Source: Bacteroidales bacterium (lineage in GTDB: Bacteria > Bacteroidota > Bacteroidia > Bacteroidales > FEN-979). Taken from it: a DNA stretch of 64,000 nucleotides. Under the pieces are notes generated by a model, which saw only the letters and a program-made list of their open reading frames with translations, had not been told where the DNA came from and did not search any database. A program made the translations under genes and the position numbers. Location: contig JACZJJ010000119.1 in the NCBI GenBank assembly GCA_014860625.1, forward strand, positions 363 through 64,362, read 5' to 3'. Below are positions 15,955 to 27,469 of this stretch, piece by piece; positions within the stretch are counted from its first letter, which is position 1, and each line of letters starts with the position of its first letter.

Positions 15955-15970
15955 TGTGAAAAATTTCACA
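15955..15970. promoter_or_regulatory. perfect 16-bp palindrome TGTGAAAAATTTCACA (TGTGA-N6-TCACA, Crp/Fnr-type half-sites)
   Basis: Read directly. Its centre lies ~40 nt upstream of the gdhA ATG, in the divergent region shared with the 11845..15738 cluster. Confidence 0.45.
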
Positions 15971-15983
15971 TAGAACACTATAA

Positions 15984-17357
<1,374 letters not shown>

Positions 17358-17388
17358 ACTCTCACATACTCATTTAAATATGACAGGT

Positions 17389-17425
17389 GGGCTGTTCTGA
17401 ATTTCAGGACAGCCCTCTGTTTTTC
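17389..17425 (+). terminator. rho-independent terminator after gdhA
   Basis: gggctgttctga-att-tcaggacagccc (12-bp stem with one G-U/mismatch) followed by tctgttttt. Confidence 0.7.
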
Positions 17426-17456
17426 ATCCCATCCCAGAAATGCTTAGATTTGCCTC

Positions 17457-18365
17457 ATGAAGCAGGTGGACTTTACCCGAACCTATTCCCTGATCCAGCG
17501 ATCCGTTTTTTCAAGGATCCGGGGGAGTGGCATATTTACAGAACTGATCGGATCATTGATCTTGCCAAAACCCCATGAGGAGGTCATTGCGAAAAACCAT
17601 TACGGTTTCAAGCTCCGCATCAATCCGGCCACCCATAAAGGGATTGAACGAAGCCTCTATTATACCGGAACCTATGAAAAAGGGACCCTCTTTATCCTGA
17701 ATCAAATTCTTCGTGAGGGGGATCTCTTTGTGGATGTTGGAGCCAACATCGGCATCATGTCTATCTATGGATCCATTCTCGTTGGAAAATCAGGGAAAGT
17801 GATTGCCTTTGAGGCAAATCCTGAAACCAAAGAGATCCTGGATGACAATATCTCGATCAACAGGGTCGCAACGATTGAAACATCTCCCTATGCTATCGGA
17901 TCACACCGCTCAACCGGTAATATCTATCTCAATACCGAAGTGGAGAGGGGAGCAGCATCACTGATCAAGTCTGAAGCAAGCAGTGATTTTCACCCTGTTG
18001 AAATTATTCCACTGGATGAATATGAGAACCTGAGAGGCAAAAAGATCCGGGCAATCAAAATTGATATTGAAGGGTACGAACTGGAAGCGCTAAAGGGGTG
18101 TAGTATGATCCTGAAAGGATCCGATCCTCCCATCCTTATCCTCGAATGCAGCGAGACGAGACAGAACCTGAATGCCACCACAGCAGATCTCTATCATTAC
18201 ATCAAAGAGGTAAATTCCTACAAGGTTTTCAAGCAGAGGAGCGGGAAAGAGAGGATGTCAAAACTGGTGGAAATTACCCATACCAACCAACTGCCAAGGC
18301 ATGATAATATCTATTGCTTTCCCGAGAGAGAGATTGCAACGCTTCCCTTGAGAATCTTTGCTTAA
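17457..18365 (+). CDS. FkbM-family SAM-dependent methyltransferase
   Basis: FVDVGANIGIMSIYG, AFEANPET, IKIDIEGYELEALKG. Confidence 0.7.
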   Translation: MKQVDFTRTYSLIQRSVFSRIRGSGIFTELIGSLILPKPHEEVIAKNHYGFKLRINPATHKGIERSLYYTGTYEKGTLFILNQILREGDLFVDVGANIGIMSIYGSILVGKSGKVIAFEANPETKEILDDNISINRVATIETSPYAIGSHRSTGNIYLNTEVERGAASLIKSEASSDFHPVEIIPLDEYENLRGKKIRAIKIDIEGYELEALKGCSMILKGSDPPILILECSETRQNLNATTADLYHYIKEVNSYKVFKQRSGKERMSKLVEITHTNQLPRHDNIYCFPEREIATLPLRIFA

Positions 18366-19642
18366 CGTTTGGGCATATAGAAGAACAGCAAGGCATTGAA
18401 AAAAGCGTAGAAGACAACGCCGGCCTGGTTTTCAAACATCGACTCCGTAAGGAGGTTCATCCCGAAAAGAAGTAAGAAAAAAAAGTAGATGTAATCCTTC
18501 CTGATAAAGGCTATCATCGCTGGCCAGACCAGCATGGCAACCAGCAATAAAAACCCCGCAAGTCCAACAGAAAGGTATGTTTGCAGGTATTGGTTGTGCG
18601 CATCCAGGTTCCTGGAGAAAGCATATTTTATCCCCTTGCTCGAATACTCTTCCAACAGGGCATCCTTTACATCACCGGTTCCAACCCCTATGAGTGGATG
18701 CTGCTGAATGATGTTCCAGGCTGAACGCCACACCAAAATACGCTCACCTGTCGACTCTTCCGCATCGGCCTTCACCGAGTTCATGTTCTCTACCACCGCG
18801 GTCCCGCGTTCAACCCGTTCCATCGTTTGAGGCAATGATACCATCAGAAGGATCACTGTTGCCATCATGGTAAGAGGGAGAATGGCTTTGTTCCGGTTGG
18901 CTTTGCTAAAGAGAAAGATGAGGGCCATCATCAGGTAGATCACCAGAAGACTGAGGATCCCCATCTTGGAAGAGAGAAGAACAACCATCAGGTTGAAGAA
19001 AATAAGCAAAAGTGTAATCAGACCCAGATGCCACCGCTTGAAACGCTGAAAATGGTTGAATGTCAGATAAACAACAAGTACGATGGCAAAATTGATGAAC
19101 ATAGCCAGGTAGCCGGAGTGATGGAGGAACGATAGGGCCATGTAGAAAAACAAGCTGGAATCTCCTGTCTCCAGATACCCCAAATAAGCATTCACAAGAC
19201 ATGCAACAGAGGCGGTGAGGCATCCTGCAATATAGGTCAGAAAAATGTAGTTGCTCCGGAGAAATGAAAAAACCCTTCCGTCAATGGTAGCAAAGAGGAG
19301 GGGAAAGACCAGCAGGGAGAGTTTCACTGTGATGTCAAACTGAGCATACTCTTTGTTACTGGTATAGAGCAGTCCAAGCAGGTATACAAGGTAGATGATC
19401 GTGAACAGAAGCAATTGTTGCCGTCGTGTTTCCTGCAGGATTCGCTTTAGTTTGGCCCAAAGTCTAAGTTCAACAGCCCAATTGATGACGATGAAACCAA
19501 TCACCCAGGTTGCCATCCGGTTTTTTATCGGGATCGCAAATCCCAGTGCCAAAAAAAGAAGGATATAAACGACTCGGTGAAACAGGGCGATCCAATCCCA
19601 AAGTTGCAACCAGCTGAATCTGTTACCTCTATTTTCCCTCAT
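18362..19642 (-). CDS. O-antigen ligase/polymerase-like membrane protein (Wzy_C family)
   Basis: Polytopic membrane protein. HPLIGVGTGD...DAHNQYLQTYLSVGLAGFLLL resembles the Wzy_C loop. Confidence 0.65.
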   Translation of the reverse strand: MRENRGNRFSWLQLWDWIALFHRVVYILLFLALGFAIPIKNRMATWVIGFIVINWAVELRLWAKLKRILQETRRQQLLLFTIIYLVYLLGLLYTSNKEYAQFDITVKLSLLVFPLLFATIDGRVFSFLRSNYIFLTYIAGCLTASVACLVNAYLGYLETGDSSLFFYMALSFLHHSGYLAMFINFAIVLVVYLTFNHFQRFKRWHLGLITLLLIFFNLMVVLLSSKMGILSLLVIYLMMALIFLFSKANRNKAILPLTMMATVILLMVSLPQTMERVERGTAVVENMNSVKADAEESTGERILVWRSAWNIIQQHPLIGVGTGDVKDALLEEYSSKGIKYAFSRNLDAHNQYLQTYLSVGLAGFLLLVAMLVWPAMIAFIRKDYIYFFFLLLFGMNLLTESMFENQAGVVFYAFFNALLFFYMPKR

Positions 19643-20864
19643 TCAGGTAAAGTTGAATGAATTGCTTAAAATCAACGAAGATTTTATCACGGTTAAAATT
19701 CTCCGACACGTAAAAATAGGCATTTTTAGACAACCTGTCGTACAGCGCTTTGTCGGAAAAAAGCAGTCTGAGCTCTTCGGTAAGCGACGCCGGATCCTCC
19801 GGTTTAAAAGCCAACCCGCAGTATCCCTGGTTGATAAATAGCTCCTTTGCCTCCCCCTCCACACCAAGCAAGATAGGTTTTCCCATCGCCAGGCTCTCAA
19901 AAATCTTAGAAGGAATTGCACCCAGGAAAAGATCCAGTTTCCGGAGAGGTATGATGGAAATATCAATCTCAGAGATCACATCCGGCATCCTTTGCTTTGG
20001 ATATGCGGGGAGGAACGTGACATTTGCGAGCCCCAGATGTTCAGACTGATCCATCAGCTCTTTCTTCAACGGTCCTTCGCCGGCAATGACAAATTTGATC
20101 CTCTTTTCATCCGCCAGTTCCACTGCTGCCTTCAGTATCACTTCAAGCCCTTGCGCATGGCCCAGGATGCCTCCGTAAAAAGCAACGAAATCATCTGCAC
20201 CAAATCCATTCTCTTCTCTCCAACCCGGGATGCCCTTTTCAGGAGAGTAATAGGTTAGATCAACCCCGTTCTTCAGCCAGAAAACCTTTTTCTCAGGCAT
20301 CCGTGAAGAGATATTCTTTACAATCCCCTGAGTCTGCCCGCTGATCAGATCGGATTTTCTGTAGAGAAACTCTTCCAGAGATTTAGATATGCGGAGGAAA
20401 AACCGGTTTGTAACCAGCCCCAGTTTCTCAGCGCTTTCGGGCCACAAGTCTGAAACATTGAAAAGTAATTTTGTCCGTTTAACCAGTTTTATCATCCATG
20501 CCGATATGCCCAGAAACAAAGGAGGTGATTCGCAGATGATAAGATCGAAACGCTTGAGTTGAAAAAGGCCGACAACCAGTGAAGAAAAAACGAAAGAAAA
20601 ATAGACCAGCAGCCGGATTGGTACCGACTGGCTCTTGCTGGCGAAAATCCAAGTCCTGTTCACGGTAACTCCATCCACTTCTTCCCGCACAAGCCATTTG
20701 CCCTGATATCCTTCAAACACTTTCATGAACGGATAATTAGGCATTGCCGTCAACACTTCCACATGATCTCCGGCGCGATGAAACCGTATAGCCAGTTCTG
20801 ACAGCCGGTTTTGCGGTGCGCCAACTTCAGGGGGATAATATTGCGTTAAAAAGAGGATCCTCAT
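19629..20864 (-). CDS. glycosyltransferase family 4 (WcaI/WbuB-like)
   Basis: MRILFLTQYYPPEVGAPQNR N-terminus and a GT-B C-terminal half. The coding region overlaps both neighbouring genes. Confidence 0.75.
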   Translation of the reverse strand: MRILFLTQYYPPEVGAPQNRLSELAIRFHRAGDHVEVLTAMPNYPFMKVFEGYQGKWLVREEVDGVTVNRTWIFASKSQSVPIRLLVYFSFVFSSLVVGLFQLKRFDLIICESPPLFLGISAWMIKLVKRTKLLFNVSDLWPESAEKLGLVTNRFFLRISKSLEEFLYRKSDLISGQTQGIVKNISSRMPEKKVFWLKNGVDLTYYSPEKGIPGWREENGFGADDFVAFYGGILGHAQGLEVILKAAVELADEKRIKFVIAGEGPLKKELMDQSEHLGLANVTFLPAYPKQRMPDVISEIDISIIPLRKLDLFLGAIPSKIFESLAMGKPILLGVEGEAKELFINQGYCGLAFKPEDPASLTEELRLLFSDKALYDRLSKNAYFYVSENFNRDKIFVDFKQFIQLYLNEGK

Positions 20865-21961
20865 CTCAACAGTTGTTGATAGACATTCGTCATCCGTTTT
20901 ACGCTGTCAGTCCAGTTGTATTGCGCTTCAACACGGATTCTTCCCTGCTGGCCCATCTCCCTGGCTTTATCGTTATTTTTCATGAGGCTCTCCACAGCCT
21001 GAACAGCTGCCTCCAGATCATTGTCGGGCACAACCAGTCCTGTCACACCATTCTCAACCACCTCAGGCAGACCTCCAACATCCGATACTACAACCGGTTT
21101 CTCGCAGGCAGCGGCTTCGAGGACAGAAACCCCGAAGCTTTCAGTGCGCGATAAAGCGACAAAGAGGTCGAGCATGTTATAATACATGGGCACTTCATGA
21201 TGAGGTACTTTTCCCTGAAATACAACATCCTCAGAGATTCCGATTGAAATGGCAAGATTCTTCAGCTCACTCTCTAACCGACCTCCTCCGACAATCAGAA
21301 GTTTAAGGTGTTTCTCAGGGTGAGTTTGCTTCACTGCATGAAAAGTACGGATCAGCAAGTCGATGCCATATTCCGGTTCCAGGGCCTTGATTGTTCCGAT
21401 GATGAATGTCCCCGGGGTAAAAGGATTTGCGGCCTGAAACGGGTGAAATAGCTGAAGATCAATTCCAAAGGGTACAACCAGGATATTCTTTCGTGTATAT
21501 CGTTGAATTTCAGGAATCATGCTTAAACTGGTAGAACAGATGGCATCAGCACGCTTAAAATTATAGTGCAATATTAACTTCCCAACAAGTGAATGTTTTG
21601 GAAACTGCAGAACGTCACTTCCCCAAACAGAGATGACAAAAGGATGAAAACCGGCAAGAGCCCCCAGCATCCCATAGCTTGTGGCATAATGAGCGTGAAC
21701 AATATCCGGATTAAATTGCCGGATTACCTTTTTAAGATGGGGAACAAGCTTCAGGAAAAGGGATTTGGCTATCAGCCGGGAAGAAAAGATTCCGGTTTGG
21801 AACCTCATCGGTGTATGCAAGCTTATTCCATGAGCTTCAGTCCAGTTCTCATCAGGGGTGGAGATGCTGAAAACAGCCAGGTCGATTCCTTGTTGACTCA
21901 GGGATGTTGCCCATCGTTTGGTATGTGCAGAATTTACATCTGAAAGCAGAAGTACTCTCAT
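20861..21961 (-). CDS. glycosyltransferase family 4
   Basis: ESFGVSVLEAAACEKPVVVSDVGGLPEVVENGVTGLVV (E-x7-E GT-B motif). Confidence 0.75.
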   Translation of the reverse strand: MRVLLLSDVNSAHTKRWATSLSQQGIDLAVFSISTPDENWTEAHGISLHTPMRFQTGIFSSRLIAKSLFLKLVPHLKKVIRQFNPDIVHAHYATSYGMLGALAGFHPFVISVWGSDVLQFPKHSLVGKLILHYNFKRADAICSTSLSMIPEIQRYTRKNILVVPFGIDLQLFHPFQAANPFTPGTFIIGTIKALEPEYGIDLLIRTFHAVKQTHPEKHLKLLIVGGGRLESELKNLAISIGISEDVVFQGKVPHHEVPMYYNMLDLFVALSRTESFGVSVLEAAACEKPVVVSDVGGLPEVVENGVTGLVVPDNDLEAAVQAVESLMKNNDKAREMGQQGRIRVEAQYNWTDSVKRMTNVYQQLLR

Positions 21962-22000
21962 CTATCAGTCATCAATAACTAACCGGGACGAACCAAAGCC

Positions 22001-23050
22001 CTAATCCTTAACGAAGAACGATCTTGGACGCAGCACCCGGTCGAAAGCAAAATACTGAACAAGTACAAAATCTTCCCCGTCATTTACCAGCGCGTAAAAT
22101 CTGTCAAGGTCGTACCTGATCTCATTCCCATCCATATCCACATCGCCATACCCCTCCTTGAAATAGGTTTTGATCGTTTTGCTGACCCCGGATGAATCCG
22201 TCAGTGTAATGATTGAAAAGGGAGTGGAAGCAAGGATTGAGTCCCTCTGTCCGGAATCCATATCACTCAGAATCCCTTCGAAATTGAGGTTTATGAATCC
22301 GGTGAGAAAATTCAATGCGGCCAGGGTGTCAAACCCGGAAATCAACTGCATCTCAGGATAAGAATAGAGAGATACGGAGCTGTTCTGGTTATTGGTGATG
22401 ACATATGATTCACTCTCCTTGATTGGAATCTCAACTTTGACGGATGCGATCTGGGGCAACTCTTTCTTAAAGATGGCGTAGTCGCGCCATGCATTTTTCA
22501 TCGGAGTGAACCTGGGAGAGACAAATCCCCTGAAGCCGGGCATAAAGATCACAAAAGGAGTGGAGGAGTCCTCCATCAGCATATAGCTGCCACGATTACT
22601 TTGGGTTGCACCCCCAACGTAGAAAACTTTCGTGAGCTTCTCATGAGGAAACCACCGGATAGCGTTGAAAAGATCAATCCGATAAACCTCCTGGTAAACT
22701 TCAACTTTGACCGAATTAACAGCCAGTTCCCTGATCACGTTGTTATGTGCTGCCAGGGCAACCGGCTCTTTTACCGCCAGGTTATGCATGGTTTGAAGTA
22801 GCATATCCATGTTGAACTTGGATGCGAAATAGCGATCATCAACCATCCAGCGGCCTTCCTCTTCCCTGGAAAGCGTTACCGTGTTGTTGTTTTTATCAGA
22901 AAGGAAAATCTTGGTAACAGAGGCAGTATCTGCAACGGCAAAATCACTCAGTGAGCTTTGAAACGTCTTGTCTGACCTCGAAAAGAATAAAAAGATGGCG
23001 GCAACAGCGAGTACCAGGACAACAATCAGAACGATTCTGTTTTTTTTCAT
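22001..23050 (-). CDS. DUF4340-like protein downstream of gldG
   Basis: N-terminal membrane anchor and a 4-nt overlap with gldG. The position and size are typical of DUF4340 partners. The call is by context. Confidence 0.5.
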   Translation of the reverse strand: MKKNRIVLIVVLVLAVAAIFLFFSRSDKTFQSSLSDFAVADTASVTKIFLSDKNNNTVTLSREEEGRWMVDDRYFASKFNMDMLLQTMHNLAVKEPVALAAHNNVIRELAVNSVKVEVYQEVYRIDLFNAIRWFPHEKLTKVFYVGGATQSNRGSYMLMEDSSTPFVIFMPGFRGFVSPRFTPMKNAWRDYAIFKKELPQIASVKVEIPIKESESYVITNNQNSSVSLYSYPEMQLISGFDTLAALNFLTGFINLNFEGILSDMDSGQRDSILASTPFSIITLTDSSGVSKTIKTYFKEGYGDVDMDGNEIRYDLDRFYALVNDGEDFVLVQYFAFDRVLRPRSFFVKD

Positions 23051-24789
23051 TTTTTTGCATATTTCTTTCTCCGCAGCTGGAACTTAACCAGGCCAAATCC
23101 GATGATCAGAAGGATTGGGAGAACAACATTCAATATTTGCCACAATGTACGTTGAGAAGCCAGTTTTGTCATGTCCAGCAATCTCAGTTTCAACTCCCGC
23201 GAACGGATAGAGATCAGTCCCGAATCATCGCACAGGTAGTTCATGATGTTGATCAGCAACTCTTTATTTCCGAAGGTCAGTCCGGTAAACTGATCATATC
23301 CCAGCGGTAATGGGTATTTCTGCGTGATATGGTACTGATTTTTTGCAATATCCCCGTCGGCAATTACAATCATGCGGGTAGGTTCACTCTTCTCCCTGAA
23401 GCCCAATTCCTTGTTCAATTCAATCTCGGGAGGAAGCCTGAAGAGGTAAGCCGATGTGAATTCACCTTCAAGAAGGACCGCCACAGGTTGTGCACCGCTG
23501 TTATACATCCGCGGATCAGGCTCATCGCGAAGGATCTCCAGATCAATCAGCACCGGAGCATTTGCAATCCGAGAGTAAGGCGAAGTGGTGAGAAGAACTG
23601 TTTTTTTCACGCCGGGCGCCTCAACCGTGTCGATGCTGCTGATAAACTCTGTTTTGATTGCATTCAATCCATTCACCACAGGGTGGTTGCTGGAAGGAGT
23701 GACCAGTGGGAAAAAGTACCATGGGAAGAAATCGAACTGAGGCTGGTTTCCCACCTGTCCGGTTTTGACCGGGATCTGGAGAGCGCTCATGTCCATCACC
23801 AGGTTCTTGTTCAGCCTCACCCCATAATTAAAGAGCATTTCATCCAGGTTGATGTCATTCGCCACGCCCATGGTAGAAGAAGCTTGTTGCAGGCTGTCCA
23901 TCTTGGCAAATACCGGATCTATCATCCACAGCACCCTTCCTCCCCGCATGATAAACTGGTCGATAAGAAATTTATCCCTGTCATCAAAACGGCGTTCCGG
24001 ACCGGCTATGATCAAGGCTTTGTACTTGTTCACCAACGGTGAACCGGATGAGTCGGTGGTCAGCCTGATTGTGAGACTGTTGATCTTTCCGTTGATCGTA
24101 ACCCGCTCCACATTGTAATATTCTGACAGGGCATCCTCCAAATCCAATGTCTTTTCCCCCGACAATTCTCCCTGTCCCTCCAGGATGCCAACTCTGGGTT
24201 TGGTTGTATTGATCAGCTTGTCAATGGCATTGCCGAGGTTGTATTCGAGTGCCTGGATCGAGTTGTTCAATACCTTCTGAGGGTCTTGCCCAAGTTGTGT
24301 CATGAGCAGCTGGACAGGCAACTCCCGCCCCCTGTACACCACAATTGTTCCGGGAAAAATGATCAGCTGGGATGATTCTCCTTTGTTGGTGACCCGCAGA
24401 TCTGTGGGTTGAAGCCCCTGTTCAGCCAGAAGCCTGTATGTGTCGTTTCGTTCACGGGAATTGGGACTTGCAGAAGGGTCGATAAACTCAAAATGAACAT
24501 GGTCGCTGTATGCCCTGAATTCATTCAGCATGTCGCGCGTTTCATTGGCAAGCCGGCGAAATCCTGAGGGAAGTTCTCCGTCGAGGTACACCCTGAAGAA
24601 AACATCATCCTCCAGCCCTTTAAGCATTGTTTTTACTGCCGGAGATAGAGAATAGCGTTTTTCGGCTGTCAGGTCAACCCGTGTAAAAACGAACGAAGCA
24701 ATGATATTGATAAGCACGATGATCACAATCCCCAGGCCAACCTGAAGAAGGTTATTTCGTTTGATATCACGCTTTTTACTTTTCACCAT
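23047..24789 (-). CDS. gldG: gliding-motility-associated ABC transporter accessory protein GldG
   Basis: N- and C-terminal TM helices, VDLTAEKRYSLSP...FFRVYLDGELP, directly downstream of the gldF-like permease. Confidence 0.75.
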   Translation of the reverse strand: MVKSKKRDIKRNNLLQVGLGIVIIVLINIIASFVFTRVDLTAEKRYSLSPAVKTMLKGLEDDVFFRVYLDGELPSGFRRLANETRDMLNEFRAYSDHVHFEFIDPSASPNSRERNDTYRLLAEQGLQPTDLRVTNKGESSQLIIFPGTIVVYRGRELPVQLLMTQLGQDPQKVLNNSIQALEYNLGNAIDKLINTTKPRVGILEGQGELSGEKTLDLEDALSEYYNVERVTINGKINSLTIRLTTDSSGSPLVNKYKALIIAGPERRFDDRDKFLIDQFIMRGGRVLWMIDPVFAKMDSLQQASSTMGVANDINLDEMLFNYGVRLNKNLVMDMSALQIPVKTGQVGNQPQFDFFPWYFFPLVTPSSNHPVVNGLNAIKTEFISSIDTVEAPGVKKTVLLTTSPYSRIANAPVLIDLEILRDEPDPRMYNSGAQPVAVLLEGEFTSAYLFRLPPEIELNKELGFREKSEPTRMIVIADGDIAKNQYHITQKYPLPLGYDQFTGLTFGNKELLINIMNYLCDDSGLISIRSRELKLRLLDMTKLASQRTLWQILNVVLPILLIIGFGLVKFQLRRKKYAKK

Positions 24790-24792
24790 TTC

Positions 24793-24824
24793 GCTATTTC
24801 ACTATTTCACTATTTCGTTTCACC
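24793..24824. repeat. octamer tandem repeat (GCTATTTC ACTATTTC ACTATTTC GTTTCACC)
   Basis: Read directly. It occupies the whole gldF-gldG spacer and includes the gldF stop. Same family as 36024..36069 (reverse complement) and 39913..39944. Confidence 0.9.
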
Positions 24825-25551
24825 ACTTCCTGCTCTCCAATCTGACCTTCGTGAGCAAAATAAACAGCGCAATCACACTCAGGAAGTAGACCAGATCGCG
24901 TGAGTCGATCACCCCGCGGCTCATGGAGGAGTAGTGATCACTCAATCCCAGGGATTGGATAAGCAACCCTGTTTTCCCTGACAGGACGAACGTATAAATA
25001 AATTCAAAGCCGATATACATGAAGAAACTCAGGAATACGGCCAGGATAAAGGAGACGATCTGATTGTCGGATAGGGAGGATGAAAAGATTCCGATTGACA
25101 CAAATGCTCCCCCTAACATGATCAGCCCGATGTAAGAACCCCAAATGCTTCCCAGGTCAAGATTTCCGGGGGGCAATCCCAACCGGTAAACTGTATAGAC
25201 GTACACCAGCGTCGGGACCAGGGAAAATATCACCAATACTGCACCGGCGAAAAACTTAGCCAGGATCACCTGCAGGTCGGTCAGCGGTTGTGTCATCAGC
25301 AATTCCAGTGTCCCGCTCCTTTTCTCGTCAGCAAAAGAGCGCATGGTTATGGCGGGTATGAGAAACAGGAAAACAAAGGGGCCGAGCAGAAACAGCCCGT
25401 CTACATTGGCATACCCGAAATCAAAAATATTGAACTGCAGGGGAAAAACCCAGAGGAACAACCCGATGACCAGTAAAAAAACAATGACAACGATATACCC
25501 TATCAGAGAGTTCAAAAATCCGTTCAGCTCCTTCTTGAAGAGAGTGTACAT
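24820..25551 (-). CDS. gldF: gliding-motility-associated ABC-2 permease GldF
   Basis: 243 aa, six TM segments, MYTLFKKELNGFLNSLIGY N-terminus, followed by gldG. Confidence 0.75.
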   Translation of the reverse strand: MYTLFKKELNGFLNSLIGYIVVIVFLLVIGLFLWVFPLQFNIFDFGYANVDGLFLLGPFVFLFLIPAITMRSFADEKRSGTLELLMTQPLTDLQVILAKFFAGAVLVIFSLVPTLVYVYTVYRLGLPPGNLDLGSIWGSYIGLIMLGGAFVSIGIFSSSLSDNQIVSFILAVFLSFFMYIGFEFIYTFVLSGKTGLLIQSLGLSDHYSSMSRGVIDSRDLVYFLSVIALFILLTKVRLESRKW

Positions 25552-25592
25552 GCCGCGAGTCGTGTTTGAAGTGCAAAGTTATAATTTTAATT

Positions 25593-25620
25593 CGGATACG
25601 CGATGCGGGATGCGGGATAC
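25593..25620. repeat. heptamer repeat CGGATAC GCGATGC GGGATGC GGGATAC
   Basis: Read directly, in the intergenic spacer. Confidence 0.85.
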
Positions 25621-25627
25621 GACTTCG

Positions 25628-25651
25628 CTGCCAACTGCCAACTGCCAACTG
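25628..25651. repeat. heptamer tandem repeat CTGCCAA x3.4
   Basis: Read directly. It ends 4 nt before the stop codon at 25656. Confidence 0.95.
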
Positions 25652-25655
25652 AATC

Positions 25656-26435
25656 TTACTCCACTTCAATCAGCACTGATGTGTCCAGCTTCAACCCCAG
25701 CAGGCTGCTGGCATCTCCCCGGTTGATGGCAATTTCGAGGTAGCCGCTGGTACTGAAAAGCGCAAGCATCTCTCCCTCATGGACATCCAGGTAAGATTTG
25801 CTGATGCGGGTGATCCGGTAAGTAGGAGAACGGAAGGTGATGGCAAACTTCCGGTTTTTGACGGTCGAATTGAACAGCTCTTCGGTGATGTTGGCAAACG
25901 CGTTTCCATAGCGGTCCACGTAGATCACTTTGCCTTTGATCTGGTCGGCGCTGATCACTGGCTGAAAAGCCATCTTCATCAGAACCTTTTCCTTTATGTG
26001 CCCTAGTTCCTCCATTGGCTTGCCCGATACAATATGGCACGCTGCCTTGACAAATACATCCCTGGTGGAAAAGGTAAAGTAGTCGGAATCCTGGATGATG
26101 TCGAGTTCGATGATCTTTTCAGGAGGTTTATCAAAAATCAGTGAGAAGATGCCATTGTCGGCCCCGATGAAATAGTGTCCCTTATGAAAAACTGCAGTGT
26201 GAGGAGTTTCGATGGAAGCCTCTGTGTTGATCCCGATGATGTGTACGGTGCCTTCCGGGAAGTTTTCGTAGAAGTTCCGAATGATAAACGCCGCCTGGTT
26301 CAGATCAAACGACGGGATCTCATGCGAAATGTCTACAATTACAGCTTCGGGAAGGATCCGCAGGATGGCTCCTTTGACGGCCCCGCGGTAGTGATCCTTC
26401 TTTCCCCAATCGCTGGTCAGTGTGATGACAGGCAT
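25656..26435 (-). CDS. SAM hydrolase / SAM hydroxide adenosyltransferase family protein (DUF62)
   Basis: MPVITLTSDWGKKDHYRGAVKG, VDISHEIPSFD, VIYVDRYGNAFANI. ATG at 26435 preferred over 26462. Confidence 0.7.
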   Translation of the reverse strand: MPVITLTSDWGKKDHYRGAVKGAILRILPEAVIVDISHEIPSFDLNQAAFIIRNFYENFPEGTVHIIGINTEASIETPHTAVFHKGHYFIGADNGIFSLIFDKPPEKIIELDIIQDSDYFTFSTRDVFVKAACHIVSGKPMEELGHIKEKVLMKMAFQPVISADQIKGKVIYVDRYGNAFANITEELFNSTVKNRKFAITFRSPTYRITRISKSYLDVHEGEMLALFSTSGYLEIAINRGDASSLLGLKLDTSVLIEVE

Positions 26436-26446
26436 CGATTTATTCG

Positions 26447-26454
26447 TACTTTTG
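26447..26454 (+). promoter_or_regulatory. candidate Bacteroidota -7 box TACTTTTG for the phoH-like gene
   Basis: Matches TAnnTTTG, ~25 nt upstream of the ATG at 26480. Confidence 0.4.
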
Positions 26455-26479
26455 CGTATCAAAGGTATAGTATTTTTTG

Positions 26480-27421
26480 ATGAGCGAAAAAATTATCCGG
26501 ATTGAATCGGTTGACCCTCTCGAGATCTTCGGTGTCAGCGATCAAAACCTTGAAGAGATCAGGAATTTCTTCCCCAAGTTGAAGATCGTTGCCCGCGACA
26601 ATGTCATCAAGGCAATGGGTGAAGAGTTGTTACTTCTCGAGTTTGAAGAGAAGTTCACCACTCTGATGCTGCACTACGAGAATTTTGGCAGGCTGACCAA
26701 GGGAGACATCGCCTATCTTCTCTCTGCAGAAAACGGATCTGTCCCCCTGATGCCTGAGGGGCACCACACAGGCGTGCTCGTTCATGGACGCAACGGGATG
26801 CTCATTCGTTCACGTACCCCCAACCAGCAAAAGATGGTTGAGGCAATTGACAAGAATGACCTGATGCTGGCTATCGGTCCGGCCGGAACGGGCAAGACTT
26901 ACACCGCTATCGCGCTTGCAGTGAGAGCCCTGAAGAACAAGGAGGTCCAGCGCATCATCCTCACGCGGCCGGCTGTTGAAGCCGGCGAAAATCTCGGATT
27001 CCTTCCCGGCGACCTCAAAGAGAAACTCGATCCTTATCTTCAACCGTTGTATGACGCGTTGCGCGATATGCTGCCAACACAGAAATTGCTTGCGTTTCTT
27101 GAAGATGGCACCATCGAGGTGGCGCCACTTGCTTTCATGCGCGGCCGCACTCTCAACAACGCGTTTGCCATTCTGGATGAAGCCCAGAATACGACGCCCG
27201 GACAGCTGAAGATGTTTCTCACCCGTATGGGAGCATCTGCCAAATTCATCGTTACAGGAGATATTACCCAGATTGACCTTCCAACCAAACAGGAGTCGGG
27301 ACTGGTTCATTCGCAATCGATCCTGAACAACGTCCCCGGAATTTCATTCGTATACCTCGACGAAAGTGATATCATCCGGCATAAGCTGGTGAGCAGGATC
27401 ATCAGGGCATACTCCAAATAG
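26480..27421 (+). CDS. phoH: PhoH-like ATPase
   Basis: GPAGTGKTYTAIALAV (Walker A), LTRPAVEAGENLGFLPGDL, AILDEAQNTT. Confidence 0.85.
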   Translation: MSEKIIRIESVDPLEIFGVSDQNLEEIRNFFPKLKIVARDNVIKAMGEELLLLEFEEKFTTLMLHYENFGRLTKGDIAYLLSAENGSVPLMPEGHHTGVLVHGRNGMLIRSRTPNQQKMVEAIDKNDLMLAIGPAGTGKTYTAIALAVRALKNKEVQRIILTRPAVEAGENLGFLPGDLKEKLDPYLQPLYDALRDMLPTQKLLAFLEDGTIEVAPLAFMRGRTLNNAFAILDEAQNTTPGQLKMFLTRMGASAKFIVTGDITQIDLPTKQESGLVHSQSILNNVPGISFVYLDESDIIRHKLVSRIIRAYSK

Positions 27422-27437
27422 TGCCACGAAAAAGTTC

Positions 27438-27445
27438 TATCTTTG
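27438..27445 (+). promoter_or_regulatory. candidate -7 box TATCTTTG for purC
   Basis: Matches TAnnTTTG, 25 nt upstream of the ATG at 27470. This argues against the listed upstream start at 27443. Confidence 0.5.
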
Positions 27446-27469
27446 CGACAACCAAACAGTGAACCTTTT

